DNA of 64,000 nt from an uncultured bacterium (GTDB lineage Bacteria; Bacillota_I; Bacilli_A; RFN20; CAG-826), in NCBI GenBank assembly GCA_949299395.1, contig CASGAB010000001.1:8365-72364 (forward strand). The letters are read 5' to 3'. Of this stretch, positions 1 through 9,454 are shown piece after piece (within the stretch, counting starts at the first letter, position 1; every line of letters starts with the position of its first letter). The translations under genes and the position numbers were made by a program. Under the pieces are notes generated by a model. That model did no database searches. It had not been told where the DNA came from and saw nothing but the letters and a program-made list of their open reading frames with translations.

Positions 1-447
1 GGTGCTTTACTTGTTTTAAAAGAAATGAATGATGATTTATGTTTTAGGCTTAGAGAAATTGGTAAAAAAACGAGTGTTATTCATCTTTTTGTAGGTTATT
101 CTTTAACAGTAGAAGAAATGGGTTTTGCTCATGAACTTTCTTTGTCTTATCCAACCGATAATAATAAAGAAATTTATGAAGGAATTAAGTATTTATTTGA
201 AAAATATTGTGAAAATAAACCAATTAGAAGATTGGCAATTACTTTTTCTCATCTTTCAAACCCTAGTTTTGAACAACTTGATCTATTTAAAGATTATGGT
301 GAACTTAATAAAGACGAACAAATGTATGATTATATCGATTTGATTCAAGAAAAATATGGAAAAAATAAACTATTAAAATTAGATAGTAAAAAAGAAGATT
401 CTACAATCAAAGAAAGACATAATCAAATTGGTGGACACCGAAAGTAA
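1..447 (+). CDS. Y-family DNA polymerase (DinB/UmuC/UvrX-like), C-terminal part; 5' end outside window
   Basis: Frame is open from base 1. Little-finger-like region (LCFRLR...IRRLAITFSHL), clamp-binding QLDLF motif and the ...ERHNQIGGH terminus typical of Firmicutes ImpB/UvrX polymerases. Confidence 0.85.
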   Translation, partial: GALLVLKEMNDDLCFRLREIGKKTSVIHLFVGYSLTVEEMGFAHELSLSYPTDNNKEIYEGIKYLFEKYCENKPIRRLAITFSHLSNPSFEQLDLFKDYGELNKDEQMYDYIDLIQEKYGKNKLLKLDSKKEDSTIKERHNQIGGHRK

Positions 448-448
448 A

Positions 449-874
449 TTAATTTATATCAATTACTTCAATGGTTTTATCTAAAGCTTTTAATAATTTT
501 ATTGCGGTAGAAATTGTTGGAGAGGTTACTCCTGATTCAATTCTAGCAATCATGGCTTGTTTTATTCCGGTTTTTTCTTCTAAATCTTTTTGGGTTAAAC
601 CTTTTTCTTTACGAGCAAGAATAAGTTCATGAGAAAATTTATTATCTAATCGATCATATTCATTTTCTTTGTTAACTGGTAAAAAATCATTAATCGATTC
701 ATCATAATAAAAATCTACTTTATATTTTTTCTTTAATCTTTTTGTTTCTTTTTTAACAAAATTATCGTGGATTTTAGCAATTTTTTTATGATTTTCTTGA
801 ATTTCTTCTTCATTAAATAATTCTTTTTCAATATTTTCCCAGCTTTCATATGGGAGGTTTTTATTTTCTTTCAT
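449..874 (-). CDS. XRE/HTH antitoxin (HigA-like)
   Basis: C-terminal HTH_3 (ARKEKGLTQKDLEEKTGIKQAMIARIESG..SPTISTAIKLL); lies directly downstream of a RelE/HigB-like remnant. Confidence 0.85.
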   Translation of the reverse strand: MKENKNLPYESWENIEKELFNEEEIQENHKKIAKIHDNFVKKETKRLKKKYKVDFYYDESINDFLPVNKENEYDRLDNKFSHELILARKEKGLTQKDLEEKTGIKQAMIARIESGVTSPTISTAIKLLKALDKTIEVIDIN

Positions 875-1216
875 TAATAGCCATCTCCTTTTTAAATTCT
901 ATAAATAATTTTTCCGCTTTTACTATCTCAATAAGAGGTGCTTGTTTACTCTTTTTAATAAAATAAGTAAGAATTACAATATAGTTTTTATAAAATCCAC
1001 ACGTAATCCTTATATCAAGAGCTCATAATTCATAAATTTCACTCTTAAATGTTTTAAAAAATTTTCCTTTTAATAATAACTTTTAGAAATTACTTCTTCG
1101 ATTGATCGATGAATACTTTTAAATCTTATTCTTGAATCTTTATCAATCTTACTTTTTAATTCTTTTAATAAATTCACTACTGAATTATTCTTTTTATAAA
1201 ATATCGATTCAAACAT
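861..1216 (-). pseudogene. RelE/HigB (Gp49-like) toxin, inactivated by a frameshift near 1080 and an in-frame TGA at 1023-1025
   Basis: Manual translation: MFESIFYKKNNSVVNLLKELKSKIDKDSRIRFKSIHRSIEEVISK / frameshift / LLLKGKFFKTFKSEIYEL*ALDIRITCGFYKNYIVILTYFIKKSKQAPLIEIVKAEKLF. This matches the I(W/Y)ELR..R and F.KK.QK.P..EI.KA motifs. AAGGAG RBS upstream of the ATG at 1216. Confidence 0.85.
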
Positions 1217-1312
1217 TTTATTCTCCTTGTTTATTTATCTATATATAAACAAGAATGCTCGAATTAAGAATTTTTTATGGTTTTTTTAAATAATCCTATC
1301 TCTATTATATAT

Positions 1313-1341
1313 AATATAACTAATTAGTTATATTTGGTCAA
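1313..1341 (-). promoter_or_regulatory. Sigma-A promoter of the TA operon with overlapping perfect 22-bp palindromic operator
   Basis: Minus strand TTGACC-N17-TATATT; palindrome AATATAACTAATTAGTTATATT at 1313-1334. Confidence 0.7.
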
Positions 1342-1356
1342 TATTATTACAATATA

Positions 1357-1387
1357 AAATCTCCTTATACATAGTATAAGGAGATTT
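1357..1387 (-). terminator. Rho-independent terminator of ABC operon 1
   Basis: Perfect hairpin AAATCTCCTTATAC-ATA-GTATAAGGAGATTT just past the end of 1414..1815. Confidence 0.75.
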
Positions 1388-1413
1388 ACTATTATAATAA
1401 CTATATAAATATA

Positions 1414-1815
1414 TTATTTAATATTATCTAATCTATCTAATAATAGATGGATATTATTTTTATTAATTCTTTTATTAGATAAATAAATAATAAATAGGAC
1501 TACTCCTATAACTAATAAGATTGATCCTATACCAATCCCTAAATAAACAAAGAAAGCTTCTAAAGAAAGATAAGCAAAATATTGATCTCTAATAGTAGTA
1601 ATAATACTCATTGGAATAAAGATAATTCCGATGATGAGAAGAATTAAACCAATTAAAAATAAACATAAAGAAAAATTTCTTTTTTCTTTTAAGATCTCTT
1701 CATTTTGATATTCTTTTTTTAAAATTTCTCTTAATTTTTCTTTATTAGACAAAAAAGAAGATATTTCATTAATATCTATTTTATTAACTTTAAATATCTT
1801 CTTTTCTTTTTTCAT
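1414..1815 (-). CDS. Hypothetical membrane protein with 2 TM helices
   Basis: 133-aa ORF with two hydrophobic stretches, co-oriented with the ABC operon. Confidence 0.65.
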   Translation of the reverse strand: MKKEKKIFKVNKIDINEISSFLSNKEKLREILKKEYQNEEILKEKRNFSLCLFLIGLILLIIGIIFIPMSIITTIRDQYFAYLSLEAFFVYLGIGIGSILLVIGVVLFIIYLSNKRINKNNIHLLLDRLDNIK

Positions 1816-1871
1816 AAATAAATTATTTAATTAATTAAACGTAAATGATAAATCTCTAATAAAACCAAATA

Positions 1872-3365
1872 TTAGATATTATCATAAGCAGTTTGTAATG
1901 TAGTTTTAATAAAGTTAGTGAGTTCTTCACCAGTTAAATTACTCTTTAAAACTTCAAATAAAACTGTTCCAACACTATCTCTAACACTAGAAGAGAATTG
2001 AGAAACTGGAGCGATAAATCCTTGGTTATTTTCAGTATATTCACCATATACATTATAAATTTGGCCTAACATATATGCTTGTTCATCACTAAAATCTCCA
2101 CTTTCAGGTGTTGATTCTTTAGTATTTAAAATAGCTTTAATATTTTCTTCTTCATAAGAAGTTGCTCTAATTGGAGCAGCACCATAGTTTTCACTTAAAA
2201 CAGCATTATTTGTAGTATTTGTTAAGAATTTATAAAGTAACCATGCACCTTTATTTTCTTCATCACCCTTATCAAACATACAAACAGATGGTCCTTGAGA
2301 CATAACACTAGCTGTAGTAGCAGTGACAACTTCACCCTTTAAAATCTTATCATCAATTGCAGGCATTGCAGCAATTCCTGGAACGAATGTATCTTCTTCA
2401 ATCCAGCCTGAACCAGTAGTTGAATTTAAAACAACTAATGATTGTTCTGTTTCAAATGGTTCATCAATCCAGTGATCATATGGTTCAGCATGAACAAGTG
2501 TTGTTGAAATAGTAATTAAACCTTCATCATACCAACCCTTAATCATTTCAATCATTTTAGCCATTTTATCGTTATTAAATAAAACTGCTTCTTCTTTTGT
2601 TAATGTTCCGTCGTTATTTTTATCAACGTTACTTGAAAGTTCAATGTTCATCATTTTTGCAAATGTAATGACCATATTATCGTATGAATCATAGCCAATT
2701 GGAGCAACAGCACCTTCTCCAGCATTACCCTTATTTTCTTCAGTATAAAGATCTGGGAAATCTGCTCTCATTTGACGAGCTAAATCAATTAAATCACTCC
2801 AATTTGTTGGAACTTCATAACCTTTTTCTTCAAATTTAGTAGCGTTATAATACATAACTTCACTTGTTCTAGCAAAAGGCATTGAATATGTACCTTCTTT
2901 TTGAAAACCTTGTCCATCAGAAAGATATGATAAATCTTCTTTTTTAGTAGTTGGATCATCAACAACATTTCCATCAGCATCATAAGTTTTTCCAAAACCA
3001 TATTCACTATTATCCATAAAATCATCAAAATTCATAACGATTCCATCATTTAACCATTGATAAACGTAGTCTGGATAACAAACTGCTAATGAAGGAAGTC
3101 TAGTTGGAGTGTTTTTAACTTGTTCGATTGATGCTTGAATATCTGGATAGTCTCCACTTTTTTCCCAAACAACATCATATTGAGGATAAAGTGCTTCAAA
3201 TTCAGCTTCTTTTTCATCCATCCATTGAACTTGGTTGTCTCTATAAAAGTTTGTCCAGAATGTAACTGTTGTTTTTTCTGGAGTATTTGGACCGCAGCTA
3301 GCTATAGCAACGACAGATGCGCTTGCAACAACTAAAGGCATAACTCTTTTCATAAATTTGTTCAT
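1872..3365 (-). CDS. CUT1-type ABC substrate-binding lipoprotein (copy 1)
   Basis: Lipobox IASC; motifs LPSLAVCYPDYV, YSMPFARTSEVMYYN, SQGPSVCMF, GAWLLYKFLT. Start moved to ATG 3365 because of an AAGGAG RBS. Confidence 0.88.
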   Translation of the reverse strand: MNKFMKRVMPLVVASASVVAIASCGPNTPEKTTVTFWTNFYRDNQVQWMDEKEAEFEALYPQYDVVWEKSGDYPDIQASIEQVKNTPTRLPSLAVCYPDYVYQWLNDGIVMNFDDFMDNSEYGFGKTYDADGNVVDDPTTKKEDLSYLSDGQGFQKEGTYSMPFARTSEVMYYNATKFEEKGYEVPTNWSDLIDLARQMRADFPDLYTEENKGNAGEGAVAPIGYDSYDNMVITFAKMMNIELSSNVDKNNDGTLTKEEAVLFNNDKMAKMIEMIKGWYDEGLITISTTLVHAEPYDHWIDEPFETEQSLVVLNSTTGSGWIEEDTFVPGIAAMPAIDDKILKGEVVTATTASVMSQGPSVCMFDKGDEENKGAWLLYKFLTNTTNNAVLSENYGAAPIRATSYEEENIKAILNTKESTPESGDFSDEQAYMLGQIYNVYGEYTENNQGFIAPVSQFSSSVRDSVGTVLFEVLKSNLTGEELTNFIKTTLQTAYDNI

Positions 3366-3419
3366 AAATCTATTTTTCTCCTTTATTAACATTTATAAAC
3401 GTAAATATTATACACTAAT

Positions 3420-4379
3420 TTATCCTTTTATACCTGCTCTTCCTACGCCTCGCATAATAAATTTTCTAAATATGATAAATAGGATTAAAAGTGGGACAGT
3501 AACAATGACCGTTCCAGCCATTTGTAAAGTAACTAATTCTCTTCTTTCAGCTCCGTTTCCGATATAAAATTCAGCAAAATCTCTTAAACCAACGGTAATT
3601 TGAGCATATGCAGGATCATTTAAAACAATTGTCTTTGGCCAAGCATATGCATTCCATCCACTAATAACCTTTAAAATAATTATTGTTATTAAAGTAGGAG
3701 AAGCAATTGGAACCATAACTTTCCATAAATATTGCCAATCATTTTTTCCATCGACTTTACTTGCTAAATATAATTCATTTGGAATTTGTTTAAAGTTTTC
3801 ATTAAGTAAATAAATATAGAAAACATTTACTAAAAATGGAGCCATCGTTGCAAAATAAACTTGCCATCTACCGTCAAGTAAATTGAGTCGATACATTGTA
3901 ATAAAATTTGAAGTAACAAAAAGTTCGGTTGGAACCATCATTGTAGCTAAAAAGATGAAAAATATAGCATCTCTTCCTTTAAATTGAAGTCTAGTAAAAG
4001 CAAAAGAAGCAAAAACTGTGATAAAAAATGTTCCGATTGTCGATAAAATAACAACGGTCAATGTATTAATTAATAAATTTGGAATATCAAAACCATTAAC
4101 TTGGAAAACTTTTACATAATTTGACCAGGCAATTTCATCAAAAGGAATAAAAAAATCATTTCCAATTTGATAATGTTGAGCATCTTGGAATTTTAAAGAT
4201 GTTAAAATCATCCAATAAAATGGTAAAAGACAGAAAAAAGCAAAACAAATTAAGAAAACATAAACAAAAATTAGTCCAATAATTCTTAAGACTATATCTA
4301 ACTTTTTTCTTTCGTTTAAATTCTTACCTTTTGTAACAATAACTAAACGAGTATTTTTATCCAAAACTGAAGTTTTCAT
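3420..4379 (-). CDS. CUT1 ABC permease (UgpE/MalG type)
   Basis: EAA-like loop IPNELYLASKVDG, TMMVP and WNAYAWP motifs; multiple TM helices. Confidence 0.9.
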   Translation of the reverse strand: MKTSVLDKNTRLVIVTKGKNLNERKKLDIVLRIIGLIFVYVFLICFAFFCLLPFYWMILTSLKFQDAQHYQIGNDFFIPFDEIAWSNYVKVFQVNGFDIPNLLINTLTVVILSTIGTFFITVFASFAFTRLQFKGRDAIFFIFLATMMVPTELFVTSNFITMYRLNLLDGRWQVYFATMAPFLVNVFYIYLLNENFKQIPNELYLASKVDGKNDWQYLWKVMVPIASPTLITIIILKVISGWNAYAWPKTIVLNDPAYAQITVGLRDFAEFYIGNGAERRELVTLQMAGTVIVTVPLLILFIIFRKFIMRGVGRAGIKG

Positions 4380-4381
4380 TT

Positions 4382-5314
4382 TTAATAAACAACCCTCTTT
4401 TTAGAAACTAAATATTGTAAGAAAGTAAATAAAAGTATGATTAAAAATAATACTATTGCCGCAGCACAAGCATAATTTATATTTCTTCCACCGGTTTGGA
4501 TTTGATCATAAATAAAATAAACTACTGTATAAAGATTATATGAAAGTGGTGATGTACCTCTTGCATTAAATAAACCAGCAATTGCTTGATATTCTTTAAA
4601 TCCATCAATAAAAGAGGTAATTGAAATGTATAAAATTTGAGGAGAAAGTAAAGGAACTGTAATTTTCCAAAATTTCTTAATTGTTGGAGTTGAGTCAACT
4701 CTTGCTGCTTCATAATATTGTTTATCAATATTTTGTAATCCACCAATAAAAACTAAAATTTTAAATGGCATTTCATACCAAATAAGTTCAATACATAAAA
4801 CAACCATTGCATGGAAATAGGTTGTTTCTCCTCCAGCACTAGGAAGCCAAGAAATATCTAAATTAAAAATATCGTTAATTAAGCCATTTTGAGAAAATAA
4901 AACTCCAAAAACCATACCAATAGCAATAATATTAGTAACGTATGGGGTGAAAAATACGGTTTGGAAAAACTTTTGCAAAGCTTTAATTGAATTTAAAGCA
5001 ACGGCAACAATCAAAGAAAAAATAATTGAAATTGGGACTGTAATAAAAGTAATTAACATCGTATTAGGTAAAGCATATCTTAAAAAAGCTTCTACCTGAC
5101 CTTTACCCGTAATATTAGAAGGAAACTCAGTGAATCCTAAAATAACCCCATAATTATCCAATGTAAAACCAGTACTTGCTCCAGTTGCATAGTTATAATC
5201 TTTTAAAAATGAAATATAAAAAGTATTAATAATTGGATAGATAGTAAAAACAACTATCAAAATGATAGCAGGTAATAAATATAGCCATCCTTTATAGTTA
5301 TTTTTATTTTCCAT
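4382..5314 (-). CDS. CUT1 ABC permease (UgpA/MalF type)
   Basis: GLQNIDKQYYEAARVD...FWKITVPLLSP EAA motif. Confidence 0.9.
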   Translation of the reverse strand: MENKNNYKGWLYLLPAIILIVVFTIYPIINTFYISFLKDYNYATGASTGFTLDNYGVILGFTEFPSNITGKGQVEAFLRYALPNTMLITFITVPISIIFSLIVAVALNSIKALQKFFQTVFFTPYVTNIIAIGMVFGVLFSQNGLINDIFNLDISWLPSAGGETTYFHAMVVLCIELIWYEMPFKILVFIGGLQNIDKQYYEAARVDSTPTIKKFWKITVPLLSPQILYISITSFIDGFKEYQAIAGLFNARGTSPLSYNLYTVVYFIYDQIQTGGRNINYACAAAIVLFLIILLFTFLQYLVSKKRVVY

Positions 5315-5318
5315 TTTT

Positions 5319-6785
5319 TTATTCTATAGAAATTCTTTCTTCACTTTCTTTATCAAAAACAAACATTTTATTTTCTTTAACTTTAAAGCGATAAGTAGCA
5401 ATAGAAAGAGCTAAATCACTATCTACAACAATCTTAATTTCTTCTCCTAAAAAAGAATCGTGTTCTAAAGTTAAAGTTGTATCTTTACCGTTTAATGTAA
5501 TTTCTTTAACTCTTAAAGAAATACCTAAATCTTCATCATTTTCGTTTAAAATAAAGCCTTCTGGTCTAATTCCAACATAAACTTCTTTATTGATATAATC
5601 ATTATTTTTTAAAGATGAAACTTTTTCATTATCAACATAAATTCCATCTTCTTTAATTAAACCTTTAAAAACATTAATTGGTGGAGTACCCAAAAATTTA
5701 GCAACAAAAAGATTATTTGGATTTTTATAAATATCAATTGGTTTACCACTTTGCATGACTTTACCTTGATTCATAACAACGATTTCATCACAAATTGACA
5801 TTGCTTCTTCTTGATCATGAGTAACAAAAACAGTGGTAATACCAGTTTCTTTTTGAATTCTTTTAATTTCTTCTCTAGTTTTTATTCTGAGTCTTGCATC
5901 TAAATTAGATAAAGGTTCATCTAAAAGTAAAACTCTTGGTTTTTTTACTAACGCTCTAGCAATAGCAACCCTTTGTTGTTGACCTCCACTTAATTCTTTA
6001 GGTTTTTTATCAAGTTGGTCTTCAATTTGAACAAGTCGAGCAACTTCTCTTACCATTAAATCAATTTCATCTTTACTTAATCTTCTTCTTTCTTTTATTC
6101 TTTCATTATTTCTATCAACTAAATAAAATTCTTCATCGATTTTAATATCTTTTCTAAGATATTTTTCTTTGATATTTTCAATTTCTTTTAAATTATCTTC
6201 TTTTATTTCTTTAACTCTATTATTTAACAAAGTATTATCTTCAATTAAAAATAACTTATAAGAATATAATCTTTTAGCAAAAGAAGGTGAAATAATATAT
6301 TTATCAATTAAAAATAAAATTGCTCTTTCTTTACTAATTTTATTTTTAATTGAACTAGAAATAATAACTTCATTTAATTCTTTAATGTTTTCTAATAATT
6401 TATTTTCTAAAACTAAACTTTCAATTTTATTTTCTTTTTTATATGCTTCTACTTTTAAATTAGTTAATGGAAAAGAAATGTTTTTATAAACATTCATATG
6501 AGGATATAAAGCATAGTTTTGGAAAACAAATCCAATACCTCTTTTTTCACTTGCTAAATTAGTAACTTCTTCATTATCAAACCAGATTTCACCATTTGAT
6601 GGTTCTTTTAATCCAGCAATCATATATAAAGTAGTTGATTTTCCACATCCAGAAGGACCTAAAATACCAACTAATTCATTATCTTTCATATCGATAGTTA
6701 CATTATCTACAGCGATAGTATCTTCAATACTTTTTTTAGGATCACCTTTAAATATTTTACTTAAATTTTTAATTAATATTTCCAT
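5319..6785 (-). CDS. CUT1 ABC ATPase (MalK/UgpC-like) with an insertion of about 120 aa
   Basis: GPSGCGKST, VFQNYALYPH, LSGGQQQR, LLLDEPLSNLD, VTHDQEEAM; C-terminal GIRPE TOBE region. Confidence 0.92.
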   Translation of the reverse strand: MEILIKNLSKIFKGDPKKSIEDTIAVDNVTIDMKDNELVGILGPSGCGKSTTLYMIAGLKEPSNGEIWFDNEEVTNLASEKRGIGFVFQNYALYPHMNVYKNISFPLTNLKVEAYKKENKIESLVLENKLLENIKELNEVIISSSIKNKISKERAILFLIDKYIISPSFAKRLYSYKLFLIEDNTLLNNRVKEIKEDNLKEIENIKEKYLRKDIKIDEEFYLVDRNNERIKERRRLSKDEIDLMVREVARLVQIEDQLDKKPKELSGGQQQRVAIARALVKKPRVLLLDEPLSNLDARLRIKTREEIKRIQKETGITTVFVTHDQEEAMSICDEIVVMNQGKVMQSGKPIDIYKNPNNLFVAKFLGTPPINVFKGLIKEDGIYVDNEKVSSLKNNDYINKEVYVGIRPEGFILNENDEDLGISLRVKEITLNGKDTTLTLEHDSFLGEEIKIVVDSDLALSIATYRFKVKENKMFVFDKESEERISIE

Positions 6786-6832
6786 AACTAGATATATTTT
6801 ATTTAATAAATAAAATATTTTAAATAGAAAGA

Positions 6833-7183
6833 TTAAACTTCATTAGTTTCAATAGAATTAACTAAAACCTTTTTTAAAGTTACTAAATCACGAGTTATGT
6901 TTTTATAAACAATCATGTAATCAGTTTTAGTATAAGCGTGAACTAAACGGTTTCTAAAACCAATTATTTGTCCCCAAGGTATTTCTTTATGATTGTTACG
7001 ATATTCATCACTTAAAAATTTAACATTCTCAACCATTTAAATGAAATGAAGAAGAATTGCATCAATTATCATTCAGTCTTTAATAAATTCTTCATATTCT
7101 TTATTATCGAAATATTTAAAAATAGTCTCTATTTCTTGTAAAGCTCTTAAAATAAAGAATCTATCATCTTTAATATTATCCAT
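6833..7183 (-). pseudogene. HepT/DUF86 HEPN RNase toxin with two in-frame stops (TGA 7073-7075, TAA 7037-7039)
   Basis: Single frame from ATG 7183: MDNIKDDRFFILRALQEIETIFKYFDNKEYEEFIKD*MIIDAILLHFI*MVENVKFLSDEY..IPWGQIIGFRNRLVHAY. The HEPN RX4HXY motif is intact. Confidence 0.88.
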
Positions 7184-7673
7184 AAATTTTTATTCCATTT
7201 TTTAATATTTCATTTAGAATATCATAATCTTTTAAACAATCTTTAAAATCTAGTAAATCTACCCTTTTATGAAGTCCCACTCTAAAAGCTTCGATTAACC
7301 CGAAATATTCTAATCCATCCAGATTACCACTATAAGCTAAATCAACATCACTTCCTTCTTTTTGATAACCTTTCGCATAGCTTCCAAATAGATATACACA
7401 TTGAATTTTTCCTTTAAACTCTTTACTCTCACAAATTTTGGTAACGGTTTCTTTGATAAAATCCAAAGTTAATATTCCCTTTTCTTCATTAACTTCGTAT
7501 TTTTCCTTTAATAACTCTAAAAATTTAATTCTTTTTAGATTATTCCCATATTGTTCATCATTTTCATAACGAACATATGTTCTTAAAGGAATAGATAAAA
7601 AATCAGCTACTTCTTTTTGCGATAAATTAAGATTTTCTCTAGTTTTTTTAAGATTATTAAATTCAAATTCCAT
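7176..7673 (-). CDS. HTH_XRE fused to minimal nucleotidyltransferase (MntA-like antitoxin)
   Basis: N-terminal HTH (RENLNLSQKEVADFLSIPLRTYVRYE); MNT motif YLFGSYAKG...SDVDL...VDL; overlaps the hepT start. Confidence 0.88.
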   Translation of the reverse strand: MEFEFNNLKKTRENLNLSQKEVADFLSIPLRTYVRYENDEQYGNNLKRIKFLELLKEKYEVNEEKGILTLDFIKETVTKICESKEFKGKIQCVYLFGSYAKGYQKEGSDVDLAYSGNLDGLEYFGLIEAFRVGLHKRVDLLDFKDCLKDYDILNEILKNGIKIYG

Positions 7674-7689
7674 ATTTTTTACCTTATTT

Positions 7690-7814
7690 AGACATATTCA
7701 TACATCCTTGACATGCCAAATTGACATATCTTCATCTATGTAATATGACAAAATGGCACATTTGGATGATATCTATATGCCAAAATGTCATATTTTGTAA
7801 CACTTGATGTGCCA
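7690..7814. repeat. Array of palindromic operator sites ATG(C/A)CA-N3-TG(A/G/T)CA(T/C) with exact 32-bp period
   Basis: Full sites start at 7713, 7745 and 7777; half sites at 7690-7697 and 7809-7814. Confidence 0.8.
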
Positions 7815-7844
7815 AAATAAAGGTATCTAAATGAAAAATTAAAA

Positions 7845-7868
7845 AGCCTCCTTATATACAAGAAGGCT
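7845..7868 (-). terminator. Terminator after the 5'-nucleotidase gene
   Basis: Hairpin AGCCTCCTT/AAGAAGGCT with a T-tract on the minus strand. Confidence 0.6.
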
Positions 7869-7896
7869 GGAATTTCAAAAATTTTTCACTTTTTTA

Positions 7897-9336
7897 TTAA
7901 ATATTTATAAATCCTTCAGTTTTTAATGTTTCTGCTACAATATTTCTAGCTAAAACATTAGTTGTAATAACTTCTTCTGCTAAACTTGAAGAACCTGGTT
8001 TATATGCAACATAATCAATTGTTGCTAGATAAAATTTATTATTATGAGTAACAGGAGGATTTGCTCTAACTACGTTTTCTTGACCATTTAAAAACATTGA
8101 ATATAAAGAAGGATCAAATTTCATTAAACATAACATATTTTCAAATGGATATACTTTTAAAAGATCTCCATAAGTAAAATCTCCTGCTACAATGTTACTT
8201 CTTATTCCTCCACTATTAACACTTCCGCTATCACAAGGAATAGCAATATCCTCATTATTAGTAGCATATTTCATTAAAGAATAAGAAATAAATCGAGCAA
8301 ATTCACCTTTTGAAACATTTGTTTCAAAAGTATATAAAACTTCATCTCTAACACTTTCAATATCTTCTCTATAAGTTTCATATAGTTCATCTATTTTAGA
8401 TGAACTATCTTTAAATATAGTATCTTTATTATTAAAAGTATTAATATTTTTTGCTTCACTAGAAATTACTTCATATCTATTAGTTTTTTCATTTAATTTT
8501 AAATCTAAAGAAATATGAGAAAGATATTCTCCTAAAGTAGAACCTTCTACATATGGTACTTTATTATTCTTTTCATCTAAATATCCTTCTTTTAAATCAT
8601 GATCATGACCTAAAAATAAAGCATCAATATAATTGACTAATTCTAAATAATAAGAATAATTTCCATCGTGAGATGATAAAACTACTACATCACAGTTTTC
8701 TTTATTTTTTAATCTTTCTGCTTCTTTTTTAATTAATTCTATACTTGAATCAAATATAAAATCATCCGCAATAGTTGCTAAAATATCGTCTCCAATATTA
8801 GGCATAATTGAACCAATTATGCCTACTTTAATACCTTCTTTTTTAACTATAGTAGATGGAGTTAAAAAAGAAGGTATTTTATTATCACTAGCATTAAAAA
8901 TATTAATACCTAAAAGTGGAAAATCCATTTTTTCTTTCATTTTCTCAAGTTTTTCTATTCCCCAATCAAATTCATGATTACCAATAGTCATTGAATCAAA
9001 ACCTATTAGGTTCATTGATTCAATGACTATTTCTCCATAAGTAAGATTAGATTCTGCTCCACCTTGAAACATATCTCCACTAGAAAGAATAAAAGTATTA
9101 TCAAAGTCTTTTTCTTTTTGATTTATTAAATAGTTTCCTATTTTAGATAATCCAACTTGTTCATAACTTTCATCATAAAGGTATGCTCCATGGAAATCAT
9201 TTAAAGCATAAAAATTTAAAGTTCTTTCATCTACCTTAACTCCTAAATCTTCGTTATTTTGGTTATTACAGGAAGCAATAGTTAATAATGAAAGTAAAAA
9301 GACAGTTGTATTTAATATTATTTTTTTAAGTTTCAT
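7897..9336 (-). CDS. 5'-nucleotidase / 2',3'-cyclic phosphodiesterase family lipoprotein
   Basis: Lipobox IASC; metallophosphoesterase motifs NDFHG, GDMFQG, GNHEFDWG, SH, GHDH; C-terminal NSGGIR...YPFEN domain. Confidence 0.92.
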   Translation of the reverse strand: MKLKKIILNTTVFLLSLLTIASCNNQNNEDLGVKVDERTLNFYALNDFHGAYLYDESYEQVGLSKIGNYLINQKEKDFDNTFILSSGDMFQGGAESNLTYGEIVIESMNLIGFDSMTIGNHEFDWGIEKLEKMKEKMDFPLLGINIFNASDNKIPSFLTPSTIVKKEGIKVGIIGSIMPNIGDDILATIADDFIFDSSIELIKKEAERLKNKENCDVVVLSSHDGNYSYYLELVNYIDALFLGHDHDLKEGYLDEKNNKVPYVEGSTLGEYLSHISLDLKLNEKTNRYEVISSEAKNINTFNNKDTIFKDSSSKIDELYETYREDIESVRDEVLYTFETNVSKGEFARFISYSLMKYATNNEDIAIPCDSGSVNSGGIRSNIVAGDFTYGDLLKVYPFENMLCLMKFDPSLYSMFLNGQENVVRANPPVTHNNKFYLATIDYVAYKPGSSSLAEEVITTNVLARNIVAETLKTEGFINI

Positions 9337-9396
9337 ATTTTTAATTTATCCCATTATTATGCATATTTTATCGTAGTTAGCCTTTATAGTCAAAAA

Positions 9397-9421
9397 AGAG
9401 TATGGCTCTTCACCATACTCT
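9397..9421 (-). terminator. Terminator after the OB-fold lipoprotein gene
   Basis: AGAGTATGG-N7-CCATACTCT followed by a T-run on the minus strand. Confidence 0.7.
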
Positions 9422-9454
9422 CCTTTGTTTGTTTGTTACTATCTATTAGATAGA

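Noticed and set aside
6833-7183. TGA read-through (code 4/25) suggested by in-frame TGA in both toxin genes
   Set aside because: The same genes also carry a TAA or a frameshift, TGA ends real genes (e.g. 30062, mfd), and no intact gene needs TGA as a sense codon.
7690-7814. Mini-CRISPR array
   Set aside because: Repeats are about 15-19 bp and degenerate, spacers are about 13-17 bp, and there are no cas genes; an operator array fits better.
1-7900. Integrated mobile element carrying the Y-family polymerase and TA modules
   Set aside because: No integrase, transposase, att repeats or phage genes are visible in the window.
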